This document shows positions 37,986-49,390 of a DNA stretch of 64,000 nt, piece after piece. The translations under genes and the position numbers were made by a program. Origin of the DNA: an uncultured Chloroflexia bacterium (GTDB lineage: Bacteria; Chloroflexota; Limnocylindria; Limnocylindrales; CSP1-4); the NCBI GenBank assembly GCA_963736025.1, contig CAVTNH010000010.1:184506-248505 (forward strand), read 5' to 3'. Each line of letters starts with the position of its first letter. Position 1 is the first letter of the stretch. The notes beneath the pieces were generated by a model. That model searched no databases. It worked only from the letters and a program-made list of their open reading frames with translations, and was not told where the DNA came from.

Positions 37986-38190
37986 GCCGTCGGGTCGTGC
38001 TCCGGTCGTTCTGTCCGGGCATTGTGCGCTGCATCGCGCCGGCCGCCTCGCCTTGACACGGCGCGGCGCCGGGGTCAGGGTGACATCGGGCCGCGACGCA
38101 TCCCCCGGAGTCTCGCCCCGACCCAGTCCCCCGTGTGGCGAACTCGTGCCCCCGATCAGCGAGAGCGGCCTGCCCATAGGGAGGAACGCC

Positions 38191-39897
38191 ATGACTCGGT
38201 TGGGTCGACGCTGGCTCGTCTTGCTCACGCTCCTGATGCTGCTGACGGTGAACGCCGGCATCGGGGTCACCTCGGGACTGGCGGCGGCGCCGCCATCGAA
38301 CCGGCTCCACGGCATCAACCTCGACACGACGACGATCCCCAGACTCGAACGGCTCATGGACAAGGGCCGCCTGTCGTCGGTCGATCTCGTGCGGTTCTAC
38401 CTCCGGCGAATCGAGCGCCTCGACGGCCGGCTCGACTCGGTGATCGCGGTCAGCAAGACCGCCCTCGATGACGCCCGCGCCGCGGATCGCGCGCGCCGCA
38501 ACGGCGTCCACCTGCCGATGCTCGGCATCCCGGTCATCGTCAAGGACAACATCGGCACGAACGGCATGCCGACGACCGCCGGCTCGCTCGCCCTCAAGAC
38601 CAACCGATCGCCCGACGCGTTCATCGTCGGCCGGCTGCGCGCGGCCGGGGCGATCGTCCTCGGCAAGGCGAACCTGTCGGAATGGGCGAACTTCCGTGGC
38701 TTCCAGTCGTCGAGCGGCTGGAGCGGCGTCGGTGGCCAGGCGCACAACCCGTACGCGCTCGATCGCAATCCGTGCGGCTCGAGCTCGGGCTCCGGGGTGG
38801 TCGCCGCGGCGAACCTCGCGACCGTCACGATCGGCACCGAGACGGACGGCTCGATCGTCTGCCCGGCCGGCGCGAACGGCCTCGTCGGCATCAAGCCGAG
38901 CCTCGGTCTCGCGAGTCGATCCGGGATCGTGCCGCTCTCCGCTCAGCAGGACACGTCCGGGCCGATGGCCCGCAACGTCACCGACGCGGCGGTCCTCCTC
39001 GGCGTCATGACCGGCGTCGATCCGACCGATCCCGTGACCGGGACCAGCACCGGGCACGTCTTCACCGACTACACCCAGTTCCTCGACAAGGACGCTCTCA
39101 AGGGCGCCCGGATCGGCGTCTGGCGCCAGGGCAACTTCGGGCTGAGCCCCGAGACCGACGCGATCATGGAGGCCACGATCGCCCGGCTGGCTGCTCTCGG
39201 AGCGACCATCGTCGACCCGGCCGACATCCCGATCGAGCCGGCCTACGACCCCGAGTTCACCGCGCTCCTGTACGAGTTCAAGCACGACCTCGACGCCTAT
39301 CTCGGGGCGCTCCCGGCGAACCAGCCGAACTCGCTCCAGGACGTCATCGACTTCAACAACGCGCACCCGAACAAGGAACTCAAGTGGTTCGGCCAGGAGA
39401 TCATGGAGATCGCCCAGTCGATGGGCCCGCTGACCGACCCGGCCTACATCGAGGCCCGGGAGTCGGCGACGTCCATCGCCCAGCACGCGATCGACGACAC
39501 GATGGCCGCCAACGACCTCGACGCGATCATCGCGCCGACCAATGAGCCGATGTGGACCACCGACCTGATCAACGGCGACCACTTCTCGATCGGGTCATCG
39601 TCGCCGGCGGCGATCGCGGGCTACGCCTCGATCACCGTGACGGCCGGCGCAGCGTTCGGGATGCCGGTGGGCGTCTCGTTCATCGGCGGCAAGTGGGACG
39701 AGCCCAAGCTCATCTCGCTCGCCTACGCGTGGGAGAAGGCGACCAAGCTCCGCAAGGCCCCGACGTTCCGCTCGACCGTGCCGGAGTCGGCGGCGTCCGG
39801 TCTCCCCAAGGTCACGACGCTCGACGCGGCAAAGCAGCGGCTCGAGCAGTTCAAGGCTGACTCGAAGACCCCCGCGAGCCCGCCGCGAATGCACTGA
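38191..39897 (+). CDS. secreted amidase (amidase-signature family)
   Basis: GGGAGGA SD. Signal peptide MTRLGRRWLVLLTLLMLLTVNAG. Motifs GIPVIVKDNIGT and CGSSSGSGVVAAANLATVTIGTETDGSIVCP. Confidence 0.9.
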   Translation: MTRLGRRWLVLLTLLMLLTVNAGIGVTSGLAAAPPSNRLHGINLDTTTIPRLERLMDKGRLSSVDLVRFYLRRIERLDGRLDSVIAVSKTALDDARAADRARRNGVHLPMLGIPVIVKDNIGTNGMPTTAGSLALKTNRSPDAFIVGRLRAAGAIVLGKANLSEWANFRGFQSSSGWSGVGGQAHNPYALDRNPCGSSSGSGVVAAANLATVTIGTETDGSIVCPAGANGLVGIKPSLGLASRSGIVPLSAQQDTSGPMARNVTDAAVLLGVMTGVDPTDPVTGTSTGHVFTDYTQFLDKDALKGARIGVWRQGNFGLSPETDAIMEATIARLAALGATIVDPADIPIEPAYDPEFTALLYEFKHDLDAYLGALPANQPNSLQDVIDFNNAHPNKELKWFGQEIMEIAQSMGPLTDPAYIEARESATSIAQHAIDDTMAANDLDAIIAPTNEPMWTTDLINGDHFSIGSSSPAAIAGYASITVTAGAAFGMPVGVSFIGGKWDEPKLISLAYAWEKATKLRKAPTFRSTVPESAASGLPKVTTLDAAKQRLEQFKADSKTPASPPRMH

Positions 39898-39922
39898 CCC
39901 ATCGACGCTCCAGGCACACGAG

Positions 39923-39950
39923 AGCCGGCCTTCGGGCCGGCTTTCGACTT
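39923..39950 (+). terminator. rho-independent terminator after the amidase gene
   Basis: AGCCGGCC-TTCG-GGCCGGCT stem-loop followed by TTCGACTT. Confidence 0.6.
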
Positions 39951-40225
39951 CAGCCGAGGTCCAGATCCATGACCCGAAGTCCGGCGATGTCGGCGACCAA
40001 GGCGTCCGCAATGGGAACGTGCTCGGGGTGCTCGAGGTACAGAGGCAGCGACGCGCGATCCGGAAGCGAGACGATGATGCAATGCGTCAGTCCCGCGGCG
40101 CGGTCCGTGTAGCTCGGGCCGCACTCGATCGCGTCGACAGCCGGCACGAGGTCAGCGAGGGAACGGACGGCACGCATGTGTTCGTCGATCCGCTCGACGG
40201 TCAGCCCGGCTGCGCCAACGTTCAT
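39950..40225 (-). CDS. Dabb (stress-responsive A/B-barrel) family protein, possibly N-terminally short
   Basis: ECGPSYTDRAAGLTHCIIVSLPDRASLPLYLEHPEHVPIADAL. An in-frame TAG lies 17 codons upstream of the ATG, so the usual first beta-strand appears to be missing. Confidence 0.65.
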   Translation of the reverse strand: MNVGAAGLTVERIDEHMRAVRSLADLVPAVDAIECGPSYTDRAAGLTHCIIVSLPDRASLPLYLEHPEHVPIADALVADIAGLRVMDLDLG

Positions 40226-40287
40226 CGGCCGCTGACGTCCGACCGCTACTATCGACGCCGCGGACGCGGCCCACTAGCGAGACGACA

Positions 40288-40905
40288 TTGATCCTCAGCT
40301 GGCTCCTCGCGTCGATCGGGTTGGCGCTGATCGCGGCCGCCCCGCTCATCCTCCTCGGGTCCGTCGCCATCGCCTGGCGCCACCGGACTCGACCGTGGGA
40401 CGAGGCGGCCGTGCCGGTCATCCGATTCCTGGCGATCCCCACCGTCGTCCTGGTGATCCTGGTCTTCGCCTTACGGCCGGGCGACATCGCGCCCGGCGAC
40501 ACGTACGCGATCAACCTCGAACCGTTCCGGGACCTCCGCCGCAGCATCGAATTCGGCCAATCCGTGACCATCGACCTCCAGAACATCGTCGGGAACGCCG
40601 CGATGTTCGTGCCGTTGGGCCTCGCGATCGCCTGGGTGTTCCCGGGCGCCCGGCTCCTCTCGGTCCTGATCGCGGCTGCCGTCCTCTCGGTGATCATCGA
40701 GGTCGCGCAGTCGACGCCCAGCGTCGGGCGCTCATCGGACATCACCGATGTGATCATGAACACGACTGGAGCCGGCATCGGATTCGTCGTCGGCCGTGTC
40801 GTGCTCCGGTGGTACCGAGGAAGAGAAGGCGGAACCTACCCCCGCGGAGCGTCAAGGACCGAGAGCACCGTCGGCCCCAGCACCGGGGACTCGAAGACGT
40901 TGTAG
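40288..40905 (+). CDS. VanZ family membrane protein (C-terminal tail doubtful)
   Basis: INLEPFRDL, NIVGNAAMFVPLGLAIAWVF, VIIEVAQS...SSDITDVIMNTTGAGIGFVVG. The last roughly 30 codons run antisense to a hydrolase remnant. Confidence 0.8.
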   Translation: MILSWLLASIGLALIAAAPLILLGSVAIAWRHRTRPWDEAAVPVIRFLAIPTVVLVILVFALRPGDIAPGDTYAINLEPFRDLRRSIEFGQSVTIDLQNIVGNAAMFVPLGLAIAWVFPGARLLSVLIAAAVLSVIIEVAQSTPSVGRSSDITDVIMNTTGAGIGFVVGRVVLRWYRGREGGTYPRGASRTESTVGPSTGDSKTL

Positions 40906-41010
40906 AGCGTCGTGCCCGGCACGCCGTGGAGCAAGACGAGCGGGCGGCCCGTGCCGTGGCTCGTAGTAGAGCTTGATCCCGTTGACGTCGGGCGTACTGG
41001 CCGGCGTCCG
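40836..41010 (-). pseudogene. N-terminal remnant of an alpha/beta-hydrolase gene
   Basis: With one frame correction it reads DVNGIKLYYE / HGTGRPLVLLHGVPGTTLYNVFESPVLGPTVLSVLDAPRG-stop. No start codon and no catalytic domain. Overlaps the vanZ 3' end. Confidence 0.3.
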
Positions 41011-41200
41011 TTGCCTCAGTCGTCGATTTCGGCTGTCAGGGTCCCGGCTCCTTCGCTGCGGGCTGATGGCCCGGATGCTTCTCAGACAGACGTCGACCCC
41101 GGAACTCATCGATGAGTTCGATCGGCTCGCGTGGTCTACCCAGTCGTCGGAGCTGGCGCATCGACATCGATATCGTCCGTCGCGAGATGAGGTGCAGGAC

Positions 41201-41584
41201 ATGGGTTCGTGGCCGAGCGGGATCAGTGCCATCACGGTGTTCGTCGAGGACCTGGCAGCGACGAAGGCCTTCTACGTCGAGGTCTTCCGGCTGCCGATCC
41301 ACTACGAGGACGAGGCCTCGGCCGTCTTCGACTTCGGCAACATCCTGATCAACCTGCTCAAGGTCGAGGAGGCGCACGGGTTGATCGCGCCGGCCGCGGT
41401 CGGGCAGCCAGGAGCCGGGGCGCGGATCCAGTTCACCATCACGGTCGACGACGTCGATGCGACGTCCGCGGACGTCGTCGCGCGCGGCGTCCACCTGATC
41501 AATGGTCCGATCGACCGGCCGTGGGGCATTCGGACCGCCTGCTTCGCCGACCCGGCGGGCCAGATCTGGGAGATCGCGAAGTAG
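41201..41584 (+). CDS. VOC (glyoxalase) family protein
   Basis: ISAITVFVEDLAATKAFYVEVFRLPIHYEDE ... ITVDDVDATSADVVARGVHLINGPIDRPWGIRTACFADPAGQIWEIA. Confidence 0.85.
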   Translation: MGSWPSGISAITVFVEDLAATKAFYVEVFRLPIHYEDEASAVFDFGNILINLLKVEEAHGLIAPAAVGQPGAGARIQFTITVDDVDATSADVVARGVHLINGPIDRPWGIRTACFADPAGQIWEIAK

Positions 41585-41591
41585 GGAGCCC

Positions 41592-41951
41592 CTACATCTC
41601 GATTGCGTTCATCAGCTGAAAGTAGTTGTCGTCCGGATCCGAGAAGGTCGCGATCTGCGAGCCCGGCGCATCCTCGAACTCGTACGGCGCGGTAACGACG
41701 GTCGCCCCAGCGGCCGTGAACTTCTCGAAGTCGCCTTTCACGTCGTCGGTCTCGATGTTCCAGATGATCCGGCCCGGGGCGGCGTTCTTGCCCTTGACCT
41801 CGGAGTGCGGCCCGATCGTCACGAACCCCGACCCGATCTTCCAGGCCGTGTACCCGTTCCCGGCATAGGCCGGCTCCCCGAGCACTTTGGTGTAGTACTC
41901 GGCCAGCCGAGCTGGGTCCTCGGACCCGATGAGGATGCTGTTGAAGTCCAT
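41592..41951 (-). CDS. VOC family protein
   Basis: ATG 41951 (MDFNSILIGSEDPARLAEYYTKVLG). ...IWNIETDDVKGDFEKFTAAGATVVTAPYEFEDAPGSQIATFSDPDDNYFQL. Confidence 0.8.
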   Translation of the reverse strand: MDFNSILIGSEDPARLAEYYTKVLGEPAYAGNGYTAWKIGSGFVTIGPHSEVKGKNAAPGRIIWNIETDDVKGDFEKFTAAGATVVTAPYEFEDAPGSQIATFSDPDDNYFQLMNAIEM

Positions 41952-42060
41952 GGCGTCTCCCGGGTGGCGTGTCCTTCGATGTCGCACACAGCATGACCCG
42001 TTACGCCGAGAGCCGCCATCGATCGGGAGTAGAGAAATACCCAGCTAGCGAACTGAACGG

Positions 42061-42088
42061 AAAGGACCGAGCACGTGCTCGGTCCTTT
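42061..42088 (-). terminator. terminator hairpin after nrdJ
   Basis: Perfect 28-nt palindrome (14-nt arms, no spacer) AAAGGACCGAGCAC/GTGCTCGGTCCTTT, 20 nt past the nrdJ stop in a locally low-GC spacer. Confidence 0.65.
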
Positions 42089-42108
42089 CGCTATGAACAG
42101 AACTTCCC

Positions 42109-45304
<3,196 letters not shown>

Positions 45305-45518
45305 TCGTCCTGTACCTCCATCCGTTCCCCGGCGGCTGCTTCGCCAGTGCCTTTGGCTGTAGCTGCCGCATCGCTTGCTGTCTGTCCCGATCGAGTGGTC
45401 CTGGGGGCCGCTCCGGGGCCGGCGGATCGTGCCGTGCGGCGGAGCGTGTCGGGCGTTCTCGGTCTTGTTGGGCGACCCGTAAACGATACGCCTGCGAAAC
45501 GGCACAGTCAAGCGAAAA

Positions 45519-45567
45519 ACACAAGATGTAGTGGTTGCCTTGGGGGGCGCGCCGCTAGATGTGGTGG
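45519..45567. promoter_or_regulatory. tandem NrdR-box-like sites upstream of nrdJ
   Basis: ACACAAGATGTAGTGG (45519-45534) and CCGCTAGATGTGGTGG (45552-45567), 33 bp apart. Both resemble the palindromic NrdR consensus acaCwAtATaTwgtgt. Confidence 0.5.
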
Positions 45568-45574
45568 TTTGGCC

Positions 45575-45660
45575 GTTTCCACGCTCAGCCCACGTTCCGC
45601 GGCCGTTCGTCCACGTTCGGGGGCGGGTGGTCCACCGCGGCCTTGGCGGTTATCCACGCT
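45575..45660 (+). repeat. phased array of five same-orientation CCAC(G/C) (DnaA-box-like) motifs
   Basis: GTTTCCACG, CAGCCCACG, TCGTCCACG, TGGTCCACC, TTATCCACG. Cores start at 45579, 45590, 45611, 45632 and 45654 (spacings 11, 21, 21, 22 bp). Confidence 0.4.
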
Positions 45661-45991
45661 GTTGCGGGGCTTGTGCACCGGTCGTGCACAGTGTGGCATA
45701 TCGAACGGGTGTGCGGTATGGGGTCCGTGGCGGCGCCCGGGGCGCGGGGGGCCGCTTAGCCCTCGATCTCCGCCAGATGCCCGTCCCTCGGAGCGTTAGG
45801 CGGCCATCAATGCACGGATCGGGGTGACCCGATCATCCGCCACGCACGAACCGGTCGGGAAACGGGAGGGTTCGGGCCACAACAGGTCACCTAAGGCTCC
45901 GAGCCAGGCCCAAATGGCGGAGATCGGTGACGACCGTCAAGGGCAAGGGCGATAAGTCCGCGGTGAGCGCCCGTGTCCAACATAGCCCTCG

Positions 45992-46747
45992 ATGGATGAC
46001 CAGCGGTTCGGGATGGCTGTGCGCGCGGTCCGCGTTCGCCAGCGGAAGCGACAGGCCGATGTCGCCCGCTCGGCTCGTGTCTCCCGCGCGACCGTCGGCC
46101 GGATCGAACACGGCCTCGTCGACGCCGTGTCCCTCCGGACGCTTCGGCGAGTCTGCGCGACGCTCGAGATGCGCGTGGAGGTCCAGGCGCGGACCAGAGG
46201 CGCCGACCTCGATCGCATGCTGAGCGCCCGACACTCCCAGCTCGCCGAGTCGGTGATCCGCACACTTCGGCGGGACAACCCGGATTGGCAGTTCCTGCCC
46301 GAGGTGTCGTTCGCGATCTGGGGCGAACGCGGCGTGGTCGACATCCTCGCGTGGCATCCGGGCTGGCGAGCACTCCTCGTTATCGAGCTGAAGACCGAGA
46401 TCGTCGACGTCGGCGAGCTGATCGGCACGCTGGACCGGAAGCGTCGGCTCGGTCGTGAGATCGCAGCAGCCCGTGGCTGGGATCCGGAGACGGTGTCGTC
46501 CTGGGTGATCGTGGCCGACGGCCGAACCAATGAGCGACGGATCGCAGAGTTCCGTTCGACGCTTCGCGCTGCGTACCCGGACGACGGCCGGCGGACGCAC
46601 GGTTGGCTGTCGAGGCCGATCGGCTCAGTCGCCGCCATGTCGATCTGGCCGTCCAACGCTATCGGCGCACCGCGTACGGCACCGCGGCGGGTGCGACGGT
46701 CATCTGCGAAGTGCCGGTCCGCCAAATGCCCATCGGGGGAGCGTTAG
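45992..46747 (+). CDS. XRE-type HTH protein fused to a PD-(D/E)xK nuclease-like domain
   Basis: HTH region VRVRQRKRQADVARSARVSRATVGRIEHG. C-terminal ERGVVDILAWHPGWRALLVIELKTEIVDVGELIGTLDRK gives a D...E-x-K pattern. Confidence 0.75.
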   Translation: MDDQRFGMAVRAVRVRQRKRQADVARSARVSRATVGRIEHGLVDAVSLRTLRRVCATLEMRVEVQARTRGADLDRMLSARHSQLAESVIRTLRRDNPDWQFLPEVSFAIWGERGVVDILAWHPGWRALLVIELKTEIVDVGELIGTLDRKRRLGREIAAARGWDPETVSSWVIVADGRTNERRIAEFRSTLRAAYPDDGRRTHGWLSRPIGSVAAMSIWPSNAIGAPRTAPRRVRRSSAKCRSAKCPSGER

Positions 46748-46890
46748 GCGCCGTTCGAGCGGAGTTTCGGCCGCACCGAGACCTTGTTCACGCACGAAAC
46801 GGGGGCAGAGCACGGCTGATCGCTCGTCCAAGGCCGCCTAGCGCTCCGGGCGACGGACATGTGGCAGAGATCCCAGGCTCTTCCCGGGAA

Positions 46891-46976
46891 TCTTTGTACG
46901 GGGTATGGACAAAGTAGGGAGAGGGGGCTAGCATCCGGCCGAAAGCGGCTTTGCCAAGTGAATGGACAAAGTCGGG
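46891..46976. promoter_or_regulatory. repeated operator-like motif upstream of the ROK regulator gene
   Basis: ATGGACAAAGTAGGG (46905-46919) and ATGGACAAAGTCGGG (46962-46976) are direct repeats 57 bp apart. A partner half-site CTTTGTAC at 46893-46900 forms an imperfect palindrome with the first copy. Confidence 0.4.
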
Positions 46977-47061
46977 TTGAGGGCCCGGAGAGTGGCCCGC
47001 GGACCGCGGTACCGCCACGTGAGGGGCCGCGGACCGACCTGGAGGAGGACTCGCAGCGCGC

Positions 47062-48234
47062 ATGGCACGCACGGAATTCCCGTCCAAGGCGACCCACGCG
47101 CAGACCCGCGCCCACAACGCGTCGCTCGTTCTCCGTGCGCTCTACGACCTCGGCCCGATCTCCCGTGCCGCCATCGCCCGCCTCACCGGCCTGACCCGCA
47201 CCTCGGTCGGCGAGCTCGTCGCGGAACTCGAGCAGGAAGGCCTGGCACGGGACGCCGGCAAGGCGCCTTCGACCGGCGGCAAGGCCCCGACCCTCGTCGA
47301 GCTCGTCGACGACGCCCGCCACGTCGTCACCCTCGACCTCGGCGAGCGCACCTTCACGGCCGCCCTCCTCGACCTCCGCGGCAAGATCGAGCGCCGCGCG
47401 ACCCGCGACGTCGACGGCGCGGACGGCGACACCGCCCTCCAGCTGGTCCACGACCTCATCGACGAGATCCTCGCCGGCCCGCACAAGCCGATCCTCGGCA
47501 TCGGTGTCGGCACCCCGGGCATCGTCGACAGCGAGGGCACGATCCGCTGGGCCGTGAACCTCGACTGGACCGACCTCCCGCTTGGTCCGACCCTCCAGGC
47601 CCGCTTCAACCTCCCGACCGTCGTCGTCAACGACTCGCGCGCCGTCGCCATCGCGACCTACCTGTTCGAAGGCGAGGACCGCCCCGAGAACCTCGTCGCG
47701 ATCAAGGTCGGGCGCGGCATCGGCGCCGGGCTCGTCCTCGGTGGCGAGCTGTTCGGCGGCGACGGCGACGGTGCCGGCGAGATCGGCCACATCGTCGTCG
47801 AGCCCGATGGCGCCCAATGCCACTGCGGCCGGTTCGGGTGCCTCGAGACGATCGCGAGCGCCCCATCGATCCTGCGCGCTGCCGACGCCGCCGGCCTCGA
47901 CACGGGCGGCAGCCTCGCCCGCCTGGCGGAGGCCGCCGCGCAGGGTGACGAACGCGCGATCACGATCTCCCGCGCCGCCGGCCGCGCTCTCGGCAGTGCG
48001 ATCGCGAACCTGATCGGCACGCTCGACGTCCGCCGCATCGTCATCCACGGGTCCGTCACGGCCCTCGGCGAGCCGTGGCTCGAAGCAGTCCGCGACGAGG
48101 CGACACGCCGCTCGCTCGGACCGCTCGCCCGCGAGACGCGGATCCTCGACGGCGGCGTCGGCGAGGACCTGACGCTCCTCGGCGCGTGCGCGCTGCTCCT
48201 CACCGATGAACTCGGCCTGACGGTGCACGGATGA
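47062..48234 (+). CDS. ROK family transcriptional regulator (NagC/XylR-like)
   Basis: Intact 390-aa ORF. N-terminal HTH ISRAAIARLTGLTRTSVGELVAELEQEGL. Motifs GIGVGTPGIV, GEIGHIVVEP and zinc motif CHCGRFGCLE. Confidence 0.9.
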   Translation: MARTEFPSKATHAQTRAHNASLVLRALYDLGPISRAAIARLTGLTRTSVGELVAELEQEGLARDAGKAPSTGGKAPTLVELVDDARHVVTLDLGERTFTAALLDLRGKIERRATRDVDGADGDTALQLVHDLIDEILAGPHKPILGIGVGTPGIVDSEGTIRWAVNLDWTDLPLGPTLQARFNLPTVVVNDSRAVAIATYLFEGEDRPENLVAIKVGRGIGAGLVLGGELFGGDGDGAGEIGHIVVEPDGAQCHCGRFGCLETIASAPSILRAADAAGLDTGGSLARLAEAAAQGDERAITISRAAGRALGSAIANLIGTLDVRRIVIHGSVTALGEPWLEAVRDEATRRSLGPLARETRILDGGVGEDLTLLGACALLLTDELGLTVHG

Positions 48235-49316
48235 GCCTCGGCCCGGCGACCGGCACGGACCCGGCGACCGCCGACGACCGTGCGCTGGCGCACGCGACCG
48301 ACACGGTCGTGGTCGGCGTCGATGTCGGCGGAACCAAGATCGCCGTGCTCGTCACCAGCCCCGACGGCGCCGTCCTCGGTCGGGCCACGAACGCCTCCTC
48401 CGTGGCCGACCAGGACGGGGCCGCCGATGCGATCGCCGCGGTCATCGACCTCGCCCTCGAGGGGGCCGGCGCCCGGCTGACGGACGTCGCGATCGTCGGC
48501 ATCGGTGTGCCCGGCCGCGTGGACCCGACGACCGGCAACGTGACCCTCGCGGTCAACCTCGGCTGGAACGACCTCGCCCTGCGCGACGCGCTCGAGCGAC
48601 GCCTCGGCCGCCCGTGCGTCATCGAGAACGACGCCCGTGCCGCGGCGGTCGGCCTGCATCGGCGGCGCGTCCTCGGCTCCGCGGACGACATCGCGTACCT
48701 CGCGGTCGGGACCGGGATCGCGGCCGGCCTCATCCTCGACGGCCGGCTCCATCGCGGCGCCCGGGGCCTGGCCGGCGAGATCGGCCACGCCATCCTCGAC
48801 CCGAACGGGCCGGTCTGCGCCTGCGGCCAGCGGGGCTGCCTCGAGGCATTCGTCTCGGGCCCGGCCATCGCCCGGCGCGCCGCCGAGGCCATCGCGCAGG
48901 GCCGCGCGACCAGCCTCGCCGGGACGGCCGATGCGGCCGCGACGGCCCTCACCGCCCGCGACGTCTACGAAGCCGCGGCCGCCGGCGACGCCCTCGCCTG
49001 CGAGCTGGTCGAGGACGTCGGTCGGAAGCTCGCCTGGGCCATCCACCTGCTGGTCATGGCCTATGACGTCGACCGCGTCGTCGTCGGGGGCGGCGTCTCA
49101 CATGCCGGCGAGCCCTTCATGGACCCGATCCGGCGCGAACTCGAACGCCTCCGCACCGCCTCGCCGACCGCCGGCGAGCTGCTGCCGGCCGGCGTCCTCG
49201 AAACCCTGCCGGTCGGTGCCGATGCCGGCGCCTGGGGCGCCGTCGCGATCGCCCAGCAGGCCCTCTACGGCGCCAGCCCCGTCAGCACCGCCGCCGCGGT
49301 GGAAGGAGGTGCGTGA
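48231..49316 (+). CDS. ROK family sugar kinase
   Basis: ATGA overlap with the regulator gene. VGVDVGGTKIAV, GIGVPGRVD, GEIGHAILDP, CACGQRGCLE. Confidence 0.9.
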   Translation: MSLGPATGTDPATADDRALAHATDTVVVGVDVGGTKIAVLVTSPDGAVLGRATNASSVADQDGAADAIAAVIDLALEGAGARLTDVAIVGIGVPGRVDPTTGNVTLAVNLGWNDLALRDALERRLGRPCVIENDARAAAVGLHRRRVLGSADDIAYLAVGTGIAAGLILDGRLHRGARGLAGEIGHAILDPNGPVCACGQRGCLEAFVSGPAIARRAAEAIAQGRATSLAGTADAAATALTARDVYEAAAAGDALACELVEDVGRKLAWAIHLLVMAYDVDRVVVGGGVSHAGEPFMDPIRRELERLRTASPTAGELLPAGVLETLPVGADAGAWGAVAIAQQALYGASPVSTAAAVEGGA

Positions 49317-49390
49317 CGCGCGACCCCCGCGAGACACGTAACGACCACCCGCAAAGACACACCGAGACCAAGGAGGAGAAAAGGAGGAGC

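Noticed and set aside
37594-39582. 662-aa minus-strand ORF
   Set aside because: Antisense to the intact amidase gene (GGSSSGSG signature on the plus strand). Composition is junk-like.
45575-45660. Chromosomal origin (oriC) interpretation of the DnaA-box-like array
   Set aside because: No dnaA, dnaN or AT-rich unwinding element is nearby. The array sits next to NrdR boxes, so a promoter-regulatory role is more parsimonious.
45840-45925. Cobalamin-riboswitch-like fragments (GGGAAAC...GCCAC-AACAGG...GAGCCAGG)
   Set aside because: Only partial matches to the B12 core and B12 box. The element is oriented away from nrdJ and in front of an XRE-type gene, so there is no plausible regulatory logic. 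Left as an unexplained structured spacer.
46744-48228. 494-aa ORF on the minus strand
   Set aside because: It lies antisense to the well-supported ROK regulator gene. The product is Arg/Ala/Gly/Asp-rich with no motifs. This is a typical shadow ORF of high-GC DNA.
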